Below are positions 8,370 to 20,412 of a DNA stretch of 64,000 nt, piece by piece (position 1 is the first letter of the stretch; the number at the start of each line of letters is the position of its first letter). The translations under genes were made by a program, and so were the position numbers. Below the pieces are notes generated by a model, which saw only the letters and a list, made by a program, of their open reading frames with translations, was not told the DNA's origin and did not search any database. The DNA comes from an uncultured delta proteobacterium (GTDB lineage: Bacteria > Myxococcota_A > Polyangia > Fen-1088), in contig CAWKJE010000003.1 in NCBI GenBank assembly GCA_963849735.1, positions 67,595 to 131,594 of the forward strand, written 5' to 3'.

Positions 8370-9669
8370 ATGAAAAGGAAAGCAGAGAACACGACGAACG
8401 GGAAGGCCGAAGGCATGAATTTGAGGGGCCTGGCCACGATGGTGCGGCAAGTAATGCTGCCGATGGTCGCAGGTATCGTAACCACGAAGAAGGCATTGCA
8501 CGAGTGGGTGGCCGAGATGGGGATGGCCGCACTGGTTGGCGTGATGGAGGCCGACGCTGAGCGGGTGGTCGGATGTCGCAAGGGCGGGCACCAGCAGGGA
8601 CGCCGGCTGAGCCACTGGGGCTACACGGACACGCCCTTCCCGTACGACGGACGGCAGGTGGTGCCGCCGCGCCTGCGCGTTCGCACTGTCGACAAGAATC
8701 AGGAGGTGGCGCTGCCTACGGTGGCGAACTTCCAGTCGCTGGACCCGATGAGCATGCGCGTGGTGGACCAGATTCTACTTGGTGTATCAACGCGGGGCTA
8801 CGAGGCAAGCCTGGGCGCAGGACCTGCGGGACTGCGGACCAAGGGAGGGAAGAAGAGTCGCGTGAGCGAGGTGTTCGTCCAGGAGACCAGGCGGCGGATG
8901 AAGGACCGTCTGGCGGAAAGGCTGTATGGCCTGGACTTGGTGGCGATGCTGCTCGACGGTGTGCATGTTGCCGAACACGCAATCGTCGTTGGCCTGGGCA
9001 TAGCTCGAGACGGGGGCAAACACATTCTTGGGCTACGTCAGGGCTCAACGGAGAACGCCATGCTGTGCACGGAGCTGCTCCAGGACTTCGTGGCGCGTGG
9101 GCTGAAGAATATCGAGGGCTTGCTCTACGTGGTGGACGGCGGTAAGGGCCTGCGCACCGCCATACGCGACGTGGCCGGCAACAGCGCAGTGGTACAACGC
9201 TGCCAACAGCACAAGCGCCGGGACGTGGTCGGTCACCTGCCCCAGTCGCGCCAGAAGACCGTCGACCGGATGCTGGTCGATGCGTACAAGAGCGAGAGCC
9301 TGAAGACAGCGCGCAAGCGGCTCGGCCAGATCGTCTCGTGGCTGGAGCGGAACGGTGAAGAAGACGCAGCGGCGAGCCTACGCGAGGGACTGGAAGAAAC
9401 TCTGACCGTCTGGAAGCTCGATCTGCCCGAGCCGCTCCGGCGGTTCTTCGGGACGACCAACGCCATCGAGAACGTCCTCGGAGTCGTGCGCCGGGTGAGC
9501 CGCAACGTGAAGAACTGGCGTCACGGCGCGATGGCGAAGCGGTGGACCGGCATCGGCCTCATAGCTGCTGAGAAGAACTTCCACCGAATCAAGGGTCATC
9601 GCCACATGCCCGCACTTGTCGAGGCCCTCAGGCGACTCCGTCGCCGACAACGTCCGCCGCAAGGAATCC
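8370..9669 (+). CDS. IS256-family (Mutator-type) transposase lacking its own stop codon; ORF runs into the CRISPR array
   Basis: 'QRCQQHKRRDVVGHL' (IS256 QRCxVHKxRN signature). 'LYVVDGGKGLRTAI' and 'TTNAIENVLGVVRRVSRNVKNWR'. ATG at 8370 with AAGGAGCC RBS. No stop until 9866, which is inside translated repeats. Confidence 0.75.
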
Positions 9670-12600
9670 GTTTCAATCCACGCCCGGCCCCGAGGGGCCA
9701 GGCGACACTCGTACCGCTTTCACTGCATCTTCGTGGTCGAGTTTCAATCCACGCCCGGCCCCGAGGGGCCAGGCGACCCGTTGGGCCCGCGCAGCACGTC
9801 CGCCCGGCACAGGTTTCAATCCACGCCCGGCCCCGAGGGGCCAGGCGACGTCCTTCGGCCCCGTGATCATGAGAGCGCAGCTCGGTTTCAATCCACGCCC
9901 GGCCCCGAGGGGCCAGGCGACATCATTCGCGAGCTGCGGGTGGAGGGGTGGCTCGGTTTCAATCCACGCCCGGCCCCGAGGGGCCAGGCGACTCCGAGCA
10001 CGCCGAGCTGCTGCGGGCCGAGCCGGTTTCAATCCACGCCCGGCCCCGAGGGGCCAGGCGACATGTGCCAGTCGCCATGTGGCCGGAGGGCACGGTTTCA
10101 ATCCACGCCCGGCCCCGAGGGGCCAGGCGACACAGCTCCGAGGTGCCAGCCACGCCCACGGAGGTGTTTCAATCCACGCCCGGCCCCGAGGGGCCAGGCG
10201 ACGGTCACGGAAAGTACGCTGTAGCGTCTTGTCCTGTTTCAATCCACGCCCGGCCCCGAGGGGCCAGGCGACCCTGGGCTTGATACTCGCTACTGGGTTT
10301 CACGTGGTTTCAATCCACGCCCGGCCCCGAGGGGCCAGGCGACGCGAAGCTGCCCGACATCTTCTACGTGCGTGCGGTGTTTCAATCCACGCCCGGCCCC
10401 GAGGGGCCAGGCGACACTGCATCGCGCTCTGCTACCCGCCTGCGATTCTGTTTCAATCCACGCCCGGCCCCGAGGGGCCAGGCGACTCACGCAGAATGCC
10501 CAGCAGGTCCAAACCCAGAAGTTTCAATCCACGCCCGGCCCCGAGGGGCCAGGCGACCTGAGCGACCTGGAGCTAGGCAAGCGCGCGTCGGTGTTTCAAT
10601 CCACGCCCGGCCCCGAGGGGCCAGGCGACATGCAAGGCCAATGGCCAGATCTACGGGCTCGACGTGTTTCAATCCACGCCCGGCCCCGAGGGGCCAGGCG
10701 ACATGTTCCCGCCATCGTCCAGCGGGGCAAGGAGGCGTTTCAATCCACGCCCGGCCCCGAGGGGCCAGGCGACCCCGGTGGAACGCCTTGAGCGCCACGA
10801 AGATCCGAGTTTCAATCCACGCCCGGCCCCGAGGGGCCAGGCGACCATCTTCGCCACCGCACCCGTTGCCGGCGAGCCGTTTCAATCCACGCCCGGCCCC
10901 GAGGGGCCAGGCGACGCTGGCTGTGACCGTGAGTCGGCAACCGGACCTTGTTTCAATCCACGCCCGGCCCCGAGGGGCCAGGCGACGATGACGAGCGCCC
11001 AGACGGTGGTAATCCCCTCGTTTCAATCCACGCCCGGCCCCGAGGGGCCAGGCGACCCAGGTTGGATTGGGGCTTGTTGCCCGACAGGGTGTTTCAATCC
11101 ACGCCCGGCCCCGAGGGGCCAGGCGACTTGTCCGTCTTGCTACAAAGCCAAGATGTCGCAGGTTTCAATCCACGCCCGGCCCCGAGGGGCCAGGCGACAC
11201 CCCAGCGCCGTCGTGACGCCAGCCCCGGTTATGTTTCAATCCACGCCCGGCCCCGAGGGGCCAGGCGACAAGGCGCCTCCAATAACCCGGGGCTGGTAGC
11301 CAAGTTTCAATCCACGCCCGGCCCCGAGGGGCCAGGCGACAAGCAGGTGGCTTGGGCGGCCAAGCTGCGCATTGTTTCAATCCACGCCCGGCCCCGAGGG
11401 GCCAGGCGACGAGAGCGCCGTCAGGTCGTACGTCCCGATTAGCCGGTTTCAATCCACGCCCGGCCCCGAGGGGCCAGGCGACTATCGAACGCAGGGACGA
11501 TGGCGCGCAGGATGTGTTTCAATCCACGCCCGGCCCCGAGGGGCCAGGCGACATGGCCGTCGTGGTGCCGGTGCCCGTGCCCGACTGGTTTCAATCCACG
11601 CCCGGCCCCGAGGGGCCAGGCGACTCACCGCGAGCCCGCCAGGCGCAACCGAAGCCGTGGGTTTCAATCCACGCCCGGCCCCGAGGGGCCAGGCGACGTG
11701 CTGAAATGATCGACACCGACGCCGTGTGGATAGTTTCAATCCACGCCCGGCCCCGAGGGGCCAGGCGACACGTCCCGCCGTAAGTCGTCCCCTGCATGAT
11801 CTCGTTTCAATCCACGCCCGGCCCCGAGGGGCCAGGCGACAGCGTCAGTCGGTCTACCAGCTCTACAAGGCTCGGTTTCAATCCACGCCCGGCCCCGAGG
11901 GGCCAGGCGACCCTGCTGCGCGGGTAGGTCCACGGCCCAGGACACGACGTTTCAATCCACGCCCGGCCCCGAGGGGCCAGGCGACACCATGCGGATCTGC
12001 TGCATCACGTCCAGGGAGGGGTTTCAATCCACGCCCGGCCCCGAGGGGCCAGGCGACGCCATGACAGGCCCAACCACCCGCCCAATGTGCTTTGGTTTCA
12101 ATCCACGCCCGGCCCCGAGGGGCCAGGCGACCGGGCAGCCACAGCGGGAGTCCGACGGCAAGTAGGGTTTCAATCCACGCCCGGCCCCGAGGGGCCAGGC
12201 GACAGTGACACCAACGAGATCACGGCCGATGATCTGAAGTTTCAATCCACGCCCGGCCCCGAGGGGCCAGGCGACTCATCGTGCCGTTCGAGATCAGCGA
12301 CACCTTCCGGGTTTCAATCCACGCCCGGCCCCGAGGGGCCAGGCGACGTCCCCGAACACAGCGTCCGTGTCCGTGGCGAACTGTTTCAATCCACGCCCGG
12401 CCCCGAGGGGCCAGGCGACCACTGGAGGTCTGCGCCGACACGCTCAGGGTGATGTTTCAATCCACGCCCGGCCCCGAGGGGCCAGGCGACGTGCTGCGCA
12501 GCGGGCATCCGTCGGGCTCTATGAAGTTTCAATCCACGCCCGGCCCCGAGGGGCCAGGCGACTCTCCGTCGAGCAGCACTTGTAAGTCAGGCTTCGGGTT

Positions 12601-15600
12601 TCAATCCACGCCCGGCCCCGAGGGGCCAGGCGACGGCGCCGGCGCAGACCGAGGCGCCTGCTCCCAAGTTTCAATCCACGCCCGGCCCCGAGGGGCCAGG
12701 CGACGTCGTGGAACCCGAGCCACTTGTCGACCAGGTGATCGTTTCAATCCACGCCCGGCCCCGAGGGGCCAGGCGACCTCACCGATCCGTCTCTTGGCCA
12801 TCACAATATGTTTCAATCCACGCCCGGCCCCGAGGGGCCAGGCGACAGGCGCGCGAGGGACAGGCGCTGGCGGTTATCGAGTTTCAATCCACGCCCGGCC
12901 CCGAGGGGCCAGGCGACACGGGCCACATGACATATCGCTCTGGCAACAATACGTTTCAATCCACGCCCGGCCCCGAGGGGCCAGGCGACACCGAAGGCTT
13001 TGCGCTGCACCGCCAGATGCCGGGTTTCAATCCACGCCCGGCCCCGAGGGGCCAGGCGACCTGCGCCTGGGTCCATTCGTCCGGTTCGGCACGTAGTTTC
13101 AATCCACGCCCGGCCCCGAGGGGCCAGGCGACCTGCGCCTGGGTCCATTCGTCCGGTTCGGCACGTAGTTTCAATCCACGCCCGGCCCCGAGGGGCCAGG
13201 CGACAGAGACGAGCATCGCAGGCATTGCAGCTCTTAGTTTCAATCCACGCCCGGCCCCGAGGGGCCAGGCGACACGCCGCGTGGGCTGAAGTTCTTGCGG
13301 GAGCTGGTTTCAATCCACGCCCGGCCCCGAGGGGCCAGGCGACGGGCGAAGGCCACACCATTACGTACGCGAAAGGAGTTTCAATCCACGCCCGGCCCCG
13401 AGGGGCCAGGCGACGTATCTGCCAGGAGAGTGCACCGAGGATTGCTTCTAGTTTCAATCCACGCCCGGCCCCGAGGGGCCAGGCGACTGGCTCCGATGCC
13501 AATACGGGAGTCAACTATTTGTTTCAATCCACGCCCGGCCCCGAGGGGCCAGGCGACTCAAGTCGCGCAACCCGGCGCGCGCCGAGCTTGAGTTTCAATC
13601 CACGCCCGGCCCCGAGGGGCCAGGCGACGCGGACAATCGGCCATGACCCGCCGCAAGCGCCAGTTTCAATCCACGCCCGGCCCCGAGGGGCCAGGCGACG
13701 GTAATGGGCCGCCACGTCGTTCCCGTCTGCTGGGTTTCAATCCACGCCCGGCCCCGAGGGGCCAGGCGACCCGGTCACCAGTTGACTGCCAATGCCCCAG
13801 CGGCGGTTTCAATCCACGCCCGGCCCCGAGGGGCCAGGCGACCCGCGGCCCAGCCTCCTCTCCGCAGCGGAGCCAGGTGTTTCAATCCACGCCCGGCCCC
13901 GAGGGGCCAGGCGACCTTTCAATGGCGGCGGATTCGGTAGCGCCGAGAGGTTTCAATCCACGCCCGGCCCCGAGGGGCCAGGCGACACCATTAGGTCGTC
14001 GCCCTTGAAGCCGCAGAAGCGTTTCAATCCACGCCCGGCCCCGAGGGGCCAGGCGACCTTGTGCCGCCCGTCTCCCCTACGTCGGGCAAGTCGTTTCAAT
14101 CCACGCCCGGCCCCGAGGGGCCAGGCGACTTTGCGCGCCCGGTTCACGATCATCATCCATTGCTGTTTCAATCCACGCCCGGCCCCGAGGGGCCAGGCGA
14201 CCGGGCGCATCTTGGTGGGGCGCCCAGTACACGTAGTTTCAATCCACGCCCGGCCCCGAGGGGCCAGGCGACTGTACTTGTACGTCACGGCGGGCGCGTG
14301 CCGAGTGTTTCAATCCACGCCCGGCCCCGAGGGGCCAGGCGACGTGCGCCCGTCGGCAAACTTGGGCTGGCTCACGCCGTTTCAATCCACGCCCGGCCCC
14401 GAGGGGCCAGGCGACCCTGGCCGGCGATCTGCTCCGCCGTGCTGCCATCGGAGTTTCAATCCACGCCCGGCCCCGAGGGGCCAGGCGACGTGGGCAAGCT
14501 GGGCGGTGTGTCAGTACACGGACGGGTTTCAATCCACGCCCGGCCCCGAGGGGCCAGGCGACCGCCGGGGACGGTGCCCTACTGGCCGCCGCAAGCGTTT
14601 CAATCCACGCCCGGCCCCGAGGGGCCAGGCGACTTGAGCGGCACGAGGCCCCCCGACCAGAGCGCCGCGTTTCAATCCACGCCCGGCCCCGAGGGGCCAG
14701 GCGACCGGCGAAGAATGCGTCGCGGCGGTTGAGGCACAAGTTTCAATCCACGCCCGGCCCCGAGGGGCCAGGCGACCGTGAGCGAGCTTGGGCCGGCGCA
14801 GCCCATCGAGTTTCAATCCACGCCCGGCCCCGAGGGGCCAGGCGACGCGCGAACGCCCTCGTCATGGCAGACGATGGCGTGTTTCAATCCACGCCCGGCC
14901 CCGAGGGGCCAGGCGACCGTAGCCTGTCGCCGGGTTGCGCAGCTTCGCGCGGTTTCAATCCACGCCCGGCCCCGAGGGGCCAGGCGACGGCGAAGGGAGT
15001 TCTAGGCATCTGGATTTCTTTGTTTCAATCCACGCCCGGCCCCGAGGGGCCAGGCGACGTCTCCCGAGGCATTGAGGCCGCTAGGCTGATTGTCGTTTCA
15101 ATCCACGCCCGGCCCCGAGGGGCCAGGCGACTGCGGCGGGCGTCATGTGGGTATTCACTGCGATGTTTCAATCCACGCCCGGCCCCGAGGGGCCAGGCGA
15201 CAAGAAAGGGCTTGTCAATAGGTCATTTTGCCCCAGTTTCAATCCACGCCCGGCCCCGAGGGGCCAGGCGACACCCTGACCGTGGGGACCGCGCCGCAGA
15301 CCATCTCGTTTCAATCCACGCCCGGCCCCGAGGGGCCAGGCGACATCGACCAGTAGCGAGGCGGCAGCAGGCGCTTACGTTTCAATCCACGCCCGGCCCC
15401 GAGGGGCCAGGCGACGAGCACGGCGAAGCCTTGCGGCTATGGCACAACAAGTTTCAATCCACGCCCGGCCCCGAGGGGCCAGGCGACTCTCAAGCGTTTC
15501 ACGGACTGGACTGGCAACGAGTTTCAATCCACGCCCGGCCCCGAGGGGCCAGGCGACAGACGGCCGAGCATGCTGATTGGCCAGTCAACGAGTTTCAATC

Positions 15601-18600
15601 CACGCCCGGCCCCGAGGGGCCAGGCGACACCGCGCGCTGGGGGCGAAGCTGTGACCCGCCGTGTTTCAATCCACGCCCGGCCCCGAGGGGCCAGGCGACA
15701 AGACTGTGCCCTGCTTCCCCTTGGCGATCTTATTGTTTCAATCCACGCCCGGCCCCGAGGGGCCAGGCGACTGGGTCCTTGCCGAACACGATAGGGCCGA
15801 GGGTGTTTCAATCCACGCCCGGCCCCGAGGGGCCAGGCGACTCGGCGACAGGTTGAACCAAGCGGTCAACGACCTGTTTCAATCCACGCCCGGCCCCGAG
15901 GGGCCAGGCGACCAGCGCAGCCCATGTTCATCCTCGAACGGCAGATGTTTCAATCCACGCCCGGCCCCGAGGGGCCAGGCGACGAATGGACCGCGACGGG
16001 GCTCGCCTTGGTGACGGGTTTCAATCCACGCCCGGCCCCGAGGGGCCAGGCGACAAGATCGCGGCGGCCGTCTTGCCGTCGATCACCAGGTTTCAATCCA
16101 CGCCCGGCCCCGAGGGGCCAGGCGACACCCGCGGGTGCCTGCTGCCCGGACACACCCGAGGCGTTTCAATCCACGCCCGGCCCCGAGGGGCCAGGCGACT
16201 CAGCTGCGTCGACTTGGAGCCCGTGAAGCTGGCGTTTCAATCCACGCCCGGCCCCGAGGGGCCAGGCGACCAAGCAGGTGGCTTGGGCAGCCAAGCTGCG
16301 CATTGGTTTCAATCCACGCCCGGCCCCGAGGGGCCAGGCGACAGAGACGGCCTGGACTGGTACGTAGAGGTAGGCGGGTTTCAATCCACGCCCGGCCCCG
16401 AGGGGCCAGGCGACCTACAGGGGAGGTTAGGCGTGCTCTGTCGCAGCTGTTTCAATCCACGCCCGGCCCCGAGGGGCCAGGCGACCAGACGACCAGATCA
16501 TTTTTCTTGACAAAGAACGTTTCAATCCACGCCCGGCCCCGAGGGGCCAGGCGACGATCACTTGACTGGCCTACCGGACTTGGTGGAGGAGTTTCAATCC
16601 ACGCCCGGCCCCGAGGGGCCAGGCGACCGGCAGCATGCGCACGTTTGAGTACAAGATGCTGTTTCAATCCACGCCCGGCCCCGAGGGGCCAGGCGACATG
16701 GAATCCGCTTGAGCAGGAAACCAAGCTTGAGTTTCAATCCACGCCCGGCCCCGAGGGGCCAGGCGACAAAAACAGCTTGAGGTTGATCGCGCACTGGTCG
16801 GTTTCAATCCACGCCCGGCCCCGAGGGGCCAGGCGACCCCGCACATCGCCAAGCTAGCCCGCGTGCCCGAGATGTTTCAATCCACGCCCGGCCCCGAGGG
16901 GCCAGGCGACCCAAGTGCCGAGGTTTGAGGCTGCATGATGACCATGTTTCAATCCACGCCCGGCCCCGAGGGGCCAGGCGACCAGGTATGCGGCACAGCT
17001 ACGCTCTATGTAGACAGGTTTCAATCCACGCCCGGCCCCGAGGGGCCAGGCGACCTACCGCTGGATGTGTGCTACTCGTGGCAGTGACGTTTCAATCCAC
17101 GCCCGGCCCCGAGGGGCCAGGCGACAGCTCTGCACGCGATTGTCCGCCGCGTACCAGGAGTTTCAATCCACGCCCGGCCCCGAGGGGCCAGGCGACCTCA
17201 CGCGCGCTAGCGCTACCCTGTAGGCATGTGGTTTCAATCCACGCCCGGCCCCGAGGGGCCAGGCGACCTTTGTGCCGGAGGAGGTGTAACATGAGTACCG
17301 CTGTTTCAATCCACGCCCGGCCCCGAGGGGCCAGGCGACCTGCAGGTTCGTGTCAGGCGCCGCCAGGTGCTTGGCGTTTCAATCCACGCCCGGCCCCGAG
17401 GGGCCAGGCGACAAGTGCGACGAGCAGGTTCAGCGCATCGCCGAGATGTTTCAATCCACGCCCGGCCCCGAGGGGCCAGGCGACCGGCTGACGGACGAGC
17501 AGCTGACCGCCATAGCGGAGTTTCAATCCACGCCCGGCCCCGAGGGGCCAGGCGACCGCAACGATCGCGCTCTCCTGGCCGCGCAGCATGCTGTTTCAAT
17601 CCACGCCCGGCCCCGAGGGGCCAGGCGACCCGCTACCCGGTCGAGGTCTTGTGCGGGGCATGGTTTCAATCCACGCCCGGCCCCGAGGGGCCAGGCGACC
17701 CGCGGGGCAGGGAGGCAAGCCTTGATCAAGCACCTGTTTCAATCCACGCCCGGCCCCGAGGGGCCAGGCGACCATGGTTGAGCGATTCCAGGGCCACGCT
17801 GTCCTGTTTCAATCCACGCCCGGCCCCGAGGGGCCAGGCGACTCAGCTCGCGTCGCCAGTCGCCACGATGACTCTTGTTTCAATCCACGCCCGGCCCCGA
17901 GGGGCCAGGCGACCTCCAGCCGTTCCAGGCGCGTGCGCACGGCCGAGTTTCAATCCACGCCCGGCCCCGAGGGGCCAGGCGACACGAAGAAGGGTCGAGG
18001 GCATGGAAAAGACGATGTTTCAATCCACGCCCGGCCCCGAGGGGCCAGGCGACGCGTCGGCCAGGGGTACGAGTTGCCGCCAAAGTAGTTTCAATCCACG
18101 CCCGGCCCCGAGGGGCCAGGCGACCGCGTCCGGGTGGACGGCGGTCACCAAGGTGATGTTTCAATCCACGCCCGGCCCCGAGGGGCCAGGCGACCGGGCT
18201 GAGCACATGGGACTGCAGGTCGGCCAGGTTTCAATCCACGCCCGGCCCCGAGGGGCCAGGCGACGTTTCTCACCACGAGCGACGGTCAACGCATCGAGTT
18301 TCAATCCACGCCCGGCCCCGAGGGGCCAGGCGACTGGCGCGCAGAACAGCGCCAGATGAGCCAGAACGTTTCAATCCACGCCCGGCCCCGAGGGGCCAGG
18401 CGACAAGGCCCCCTCCGAAGAGCGGCACAACTCATCAAGTTTCAATCCACGCCCGGCCCCGAGGGGCCAGGCGACGGCCTGGTGGATTCAATGCTCGCCC
18501 GCCGACATGTTTCAATCCACGCCCGGCCCCGAGGGGCCAGGCGACAAGAGTCGGCCGAGCACGAGGGCAAGGACGCCGAGTTTCAATCCACGCCCGGCCC

Positions 18601-18901
18601 CGAGGGGCCAGGCGACCTGCAAGGGCGGCAGGATGTCCTCGGCGACGTCCTGTTTCAATCCACGCCCGGCCCCGAGGGGCCAGGCGACCAAGACGCGCAT
18701 CTCGGTAACGTTGGCCACGGTGTTTCAATCCACGCCCGGCCCCGAGGGGCCAGGCGACCTGAGGATCTCCTCCCAAAGCAGCGATGAGCTGAGTTTCAAT
18801 CCACGCCCGGCCCCGAGGGGCCAGGCGACAAGCCGCGCCCGAGCATTGCAACGGCGCCGAGAAGGTTTCAATCCACGCCCGGCCCCGAGGGGCCAGGCGA
18901 C
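9670..18901 (-). CRISPR. Type I-C CRISPR array, 130 repeats and 129 spacers; repeat (plus strand) GTTTCAATCCACGCCCGGCCCCGAGGGGCCAGGCGAC
   Basis: 130 copies of a 37-bp repeat with 71-72 bp period and spacers of 32-37 bp. Minus-strand repeat GTCGCCTGGCCCCTCGGGGCCGGGCGTGGATTGAAAC ends in the type I-C 'ATTGAAAC' signature. Same strand as the adjacent cas genes. Confidence 0.98.
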
Positions 18902-19084
18902 GCACCCGCTAAGAATATGGCAGATTTCGCCCACCTACTGGGGCTTCGGCGCGAAGGGTGCAAGTCTCGCGCAGTTGCGCCGCTGTGGCTGGCGGCGCCA
19001 TGGTCGTACTCTTCGAATTTCAGAGAGCAAGTAGCAAGGCGCGAACGGTCACGGACTTTCATGTCCAATCCACCTTCGCGCTGC
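18902..19084 (-). promoter_or_regulatory. CRISPR leader (between cas2 stop and first repeat)
   Basis: 183-bp non-coding, lower-GC segment lying between cas2 and the repeat at 18865-18901, on the transcribed (minus) strand upstream of the array. Confidence 0.6.
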
Positions 19085-19375
19085 CTAGATGATAAGGGGG
19101 GTATCGAAATCGACGCTCGGCTTGGTTCCGTGATGCTCGGCGCGGCCCAGGTCGTCGGACCCCAGAAAATAGAAACGAAGGCTGTCTTCATCCGGGTCGA
19201 AAAGGCGAAGCAGCTTGCCGCGGAGCTCCACCCAAAGGGCATCCGGCAGGCTGCATTCGAAAACCGAGAATTGCACCCGCTGTCCGCAGCTTTCGCATGC
19301 CTTGGCAATACGCCGCAAGCGACGTCGACCCTCTTTGCTTTCCGTCGAGACGTCATAGGTGACCAGGACGACCAT
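19085..19375 (-). CDS. cas2: CRISPR-associated endoribonuclease Cas2
   Basis: 96 aa beginning 'MVVLVTYDVSTE...', the canonical Cas2 N-terminus. Located immediately next to the array. Confidence 0.9.
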   Translation of the reverse strand: MVVLVTYDVSTESKEGRRRLRRIAKACESCGQRVQFSVFECSLPDALWVELRGKLLRLFDPDEDSLRFYFLGSDDLGRAEHHGTKPSVDFDTPLII

Positions 19376-19384
19376 GAAGATACC

Positions 19385-20410
19385 TCAGCCGGCCGGATGA
19401 AAGGGTGGAAAACTCTCAAGATCACGGCGAAGGGTTCGCGCAAGCAGCCTCGCTTCGACATGCGGGACCAGGCCCCAGGTGATTTCGTCCCCAAGCAACG
19501 GGTGCACGATGGTTGTGGCCTTCCTCTCCTGATGGGCCTTGATGACCAGCTTCCGGGCGTCGTCGGTCAGCTCGACGGCGCCGCTCTCGGTCTTTCGGAA
19601 GTCACCGGGGCGAAGCTGCTGGTTGTTTATCAAGGTGAGCACCAGGCGATCGGCCACCAAGGGCCGCAGGTGTTCCATCAGATCGAGAGCCAACGCTGGT
19701 CGTCCAGCCCGGAACGCGTGCAGAAAGCCAAAAGCCGGATCGAGTCCGTTTCCCTGCAGTGCCGACAGGCAGTCGTTCATCAGCAGCGCGTAGGCAAAAG
19801 ACAGCAGACAGTTTATCGGGTCGCGCGGCGGCCGGCGCTGGCGCGATGTCCATCGGAAGTCATCCCCCTGCTGTCGGACCATATCGCCAAATACCTCGAA
19901 GTACCGAGCCGCGGCTTCGCCTTCGCAGCCTCGCACCTGATCGTGCGTTTCCATTCGAATAAGGTCGCCCATGCGCAGCGAACGGGCGGCGTCGCTCAGG
20001 CGAACGGCCGTATCCCCTTCCGACTCCCTAGCAGCCCGCTGCAGGATGTGGCGTTGGTTTGCAATCTTGCCCTGGACGATGCACTTCGCGATGGCCAGGC
20101 TGCGGCCGGCATCGAGGTGGCATTGCATCTGGTTCAGCCGCAAGAGGGCGCCGTTCTCGCTTGTTCCCTCAACTCGCCCGCGGAACCGTCCCTGCTCCGA
20201 AAGGAAGGCGATGCCGACACCGCGCTCCAGGCACAGGGACATCAGCTCGGGGCTCACGTAGGTGTGCCCCATGCATACGATGGACTCCAGGTGGTGCAGG
20301 GGAACTCGTAGCTTCTGTTCGCGATTGACCCGTACGGAAACTGTCTCACCCTCCTTGAAAAGCGCGGCCTCGGCCGCAGTCACGTATAACGTATTCTGGA
20401 GAACCGCCAT
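19385..20410 (-). CDS. cas1: CRISPR-associated integrase Cas1
   Basis: 342 aa from ATG at 20410 ('MAVLQNTLYV...'). The longer ORF to 20677 has an implausible Arg/Gly-rich N-terminus. Lies between cas4 and cas2. Confidence 0.85.
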   Translation of the reverse strand: MAVLQNTLYVTAAEAALFKEGETVSVRVNREQKLRVPLHHLESIVCMGHTYVSPELMSLCLERGVGIAFLSEQGRFRGRVEGTSENGALLRLNQMQCHLDAGRSLAIAKCIVQGKIANQRHILQRAARESEGDTAVRLSDAARSLRMGDLIRMETHDQVRGCEGEAAARYFEVFGDMVRQQGDDFRWTSRQRRPPRDPINCLLSFAYALLMNDCLSALQGNGLDPAFGFLHAFRAGRPALALDLMEHLRPLVADRLVLTLINNQQLRPGDFRKTESGAVELTDDARKLVIKAHQERKATTIVHPLLGDEITWGLVPHVEARLLARTLRRDLESFPPFHPAG

Positions 20411-20412
20411 GA

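Noticed and set aside
9616-18905. Dozens of ORFs on both strands inside the CRISPR array (proteins full of 'FQSTPGPEGPGD', 'VSIHARPRGARR', 'FNPRPAPRGQAT', 'VAWPLGAGRGLK', 'RLAPRGRAWIET')
   Set aside because: They are translations of the 37-bp repeat in different frames, interrupted only by spacers, and are artefacts of the periodic sequence.
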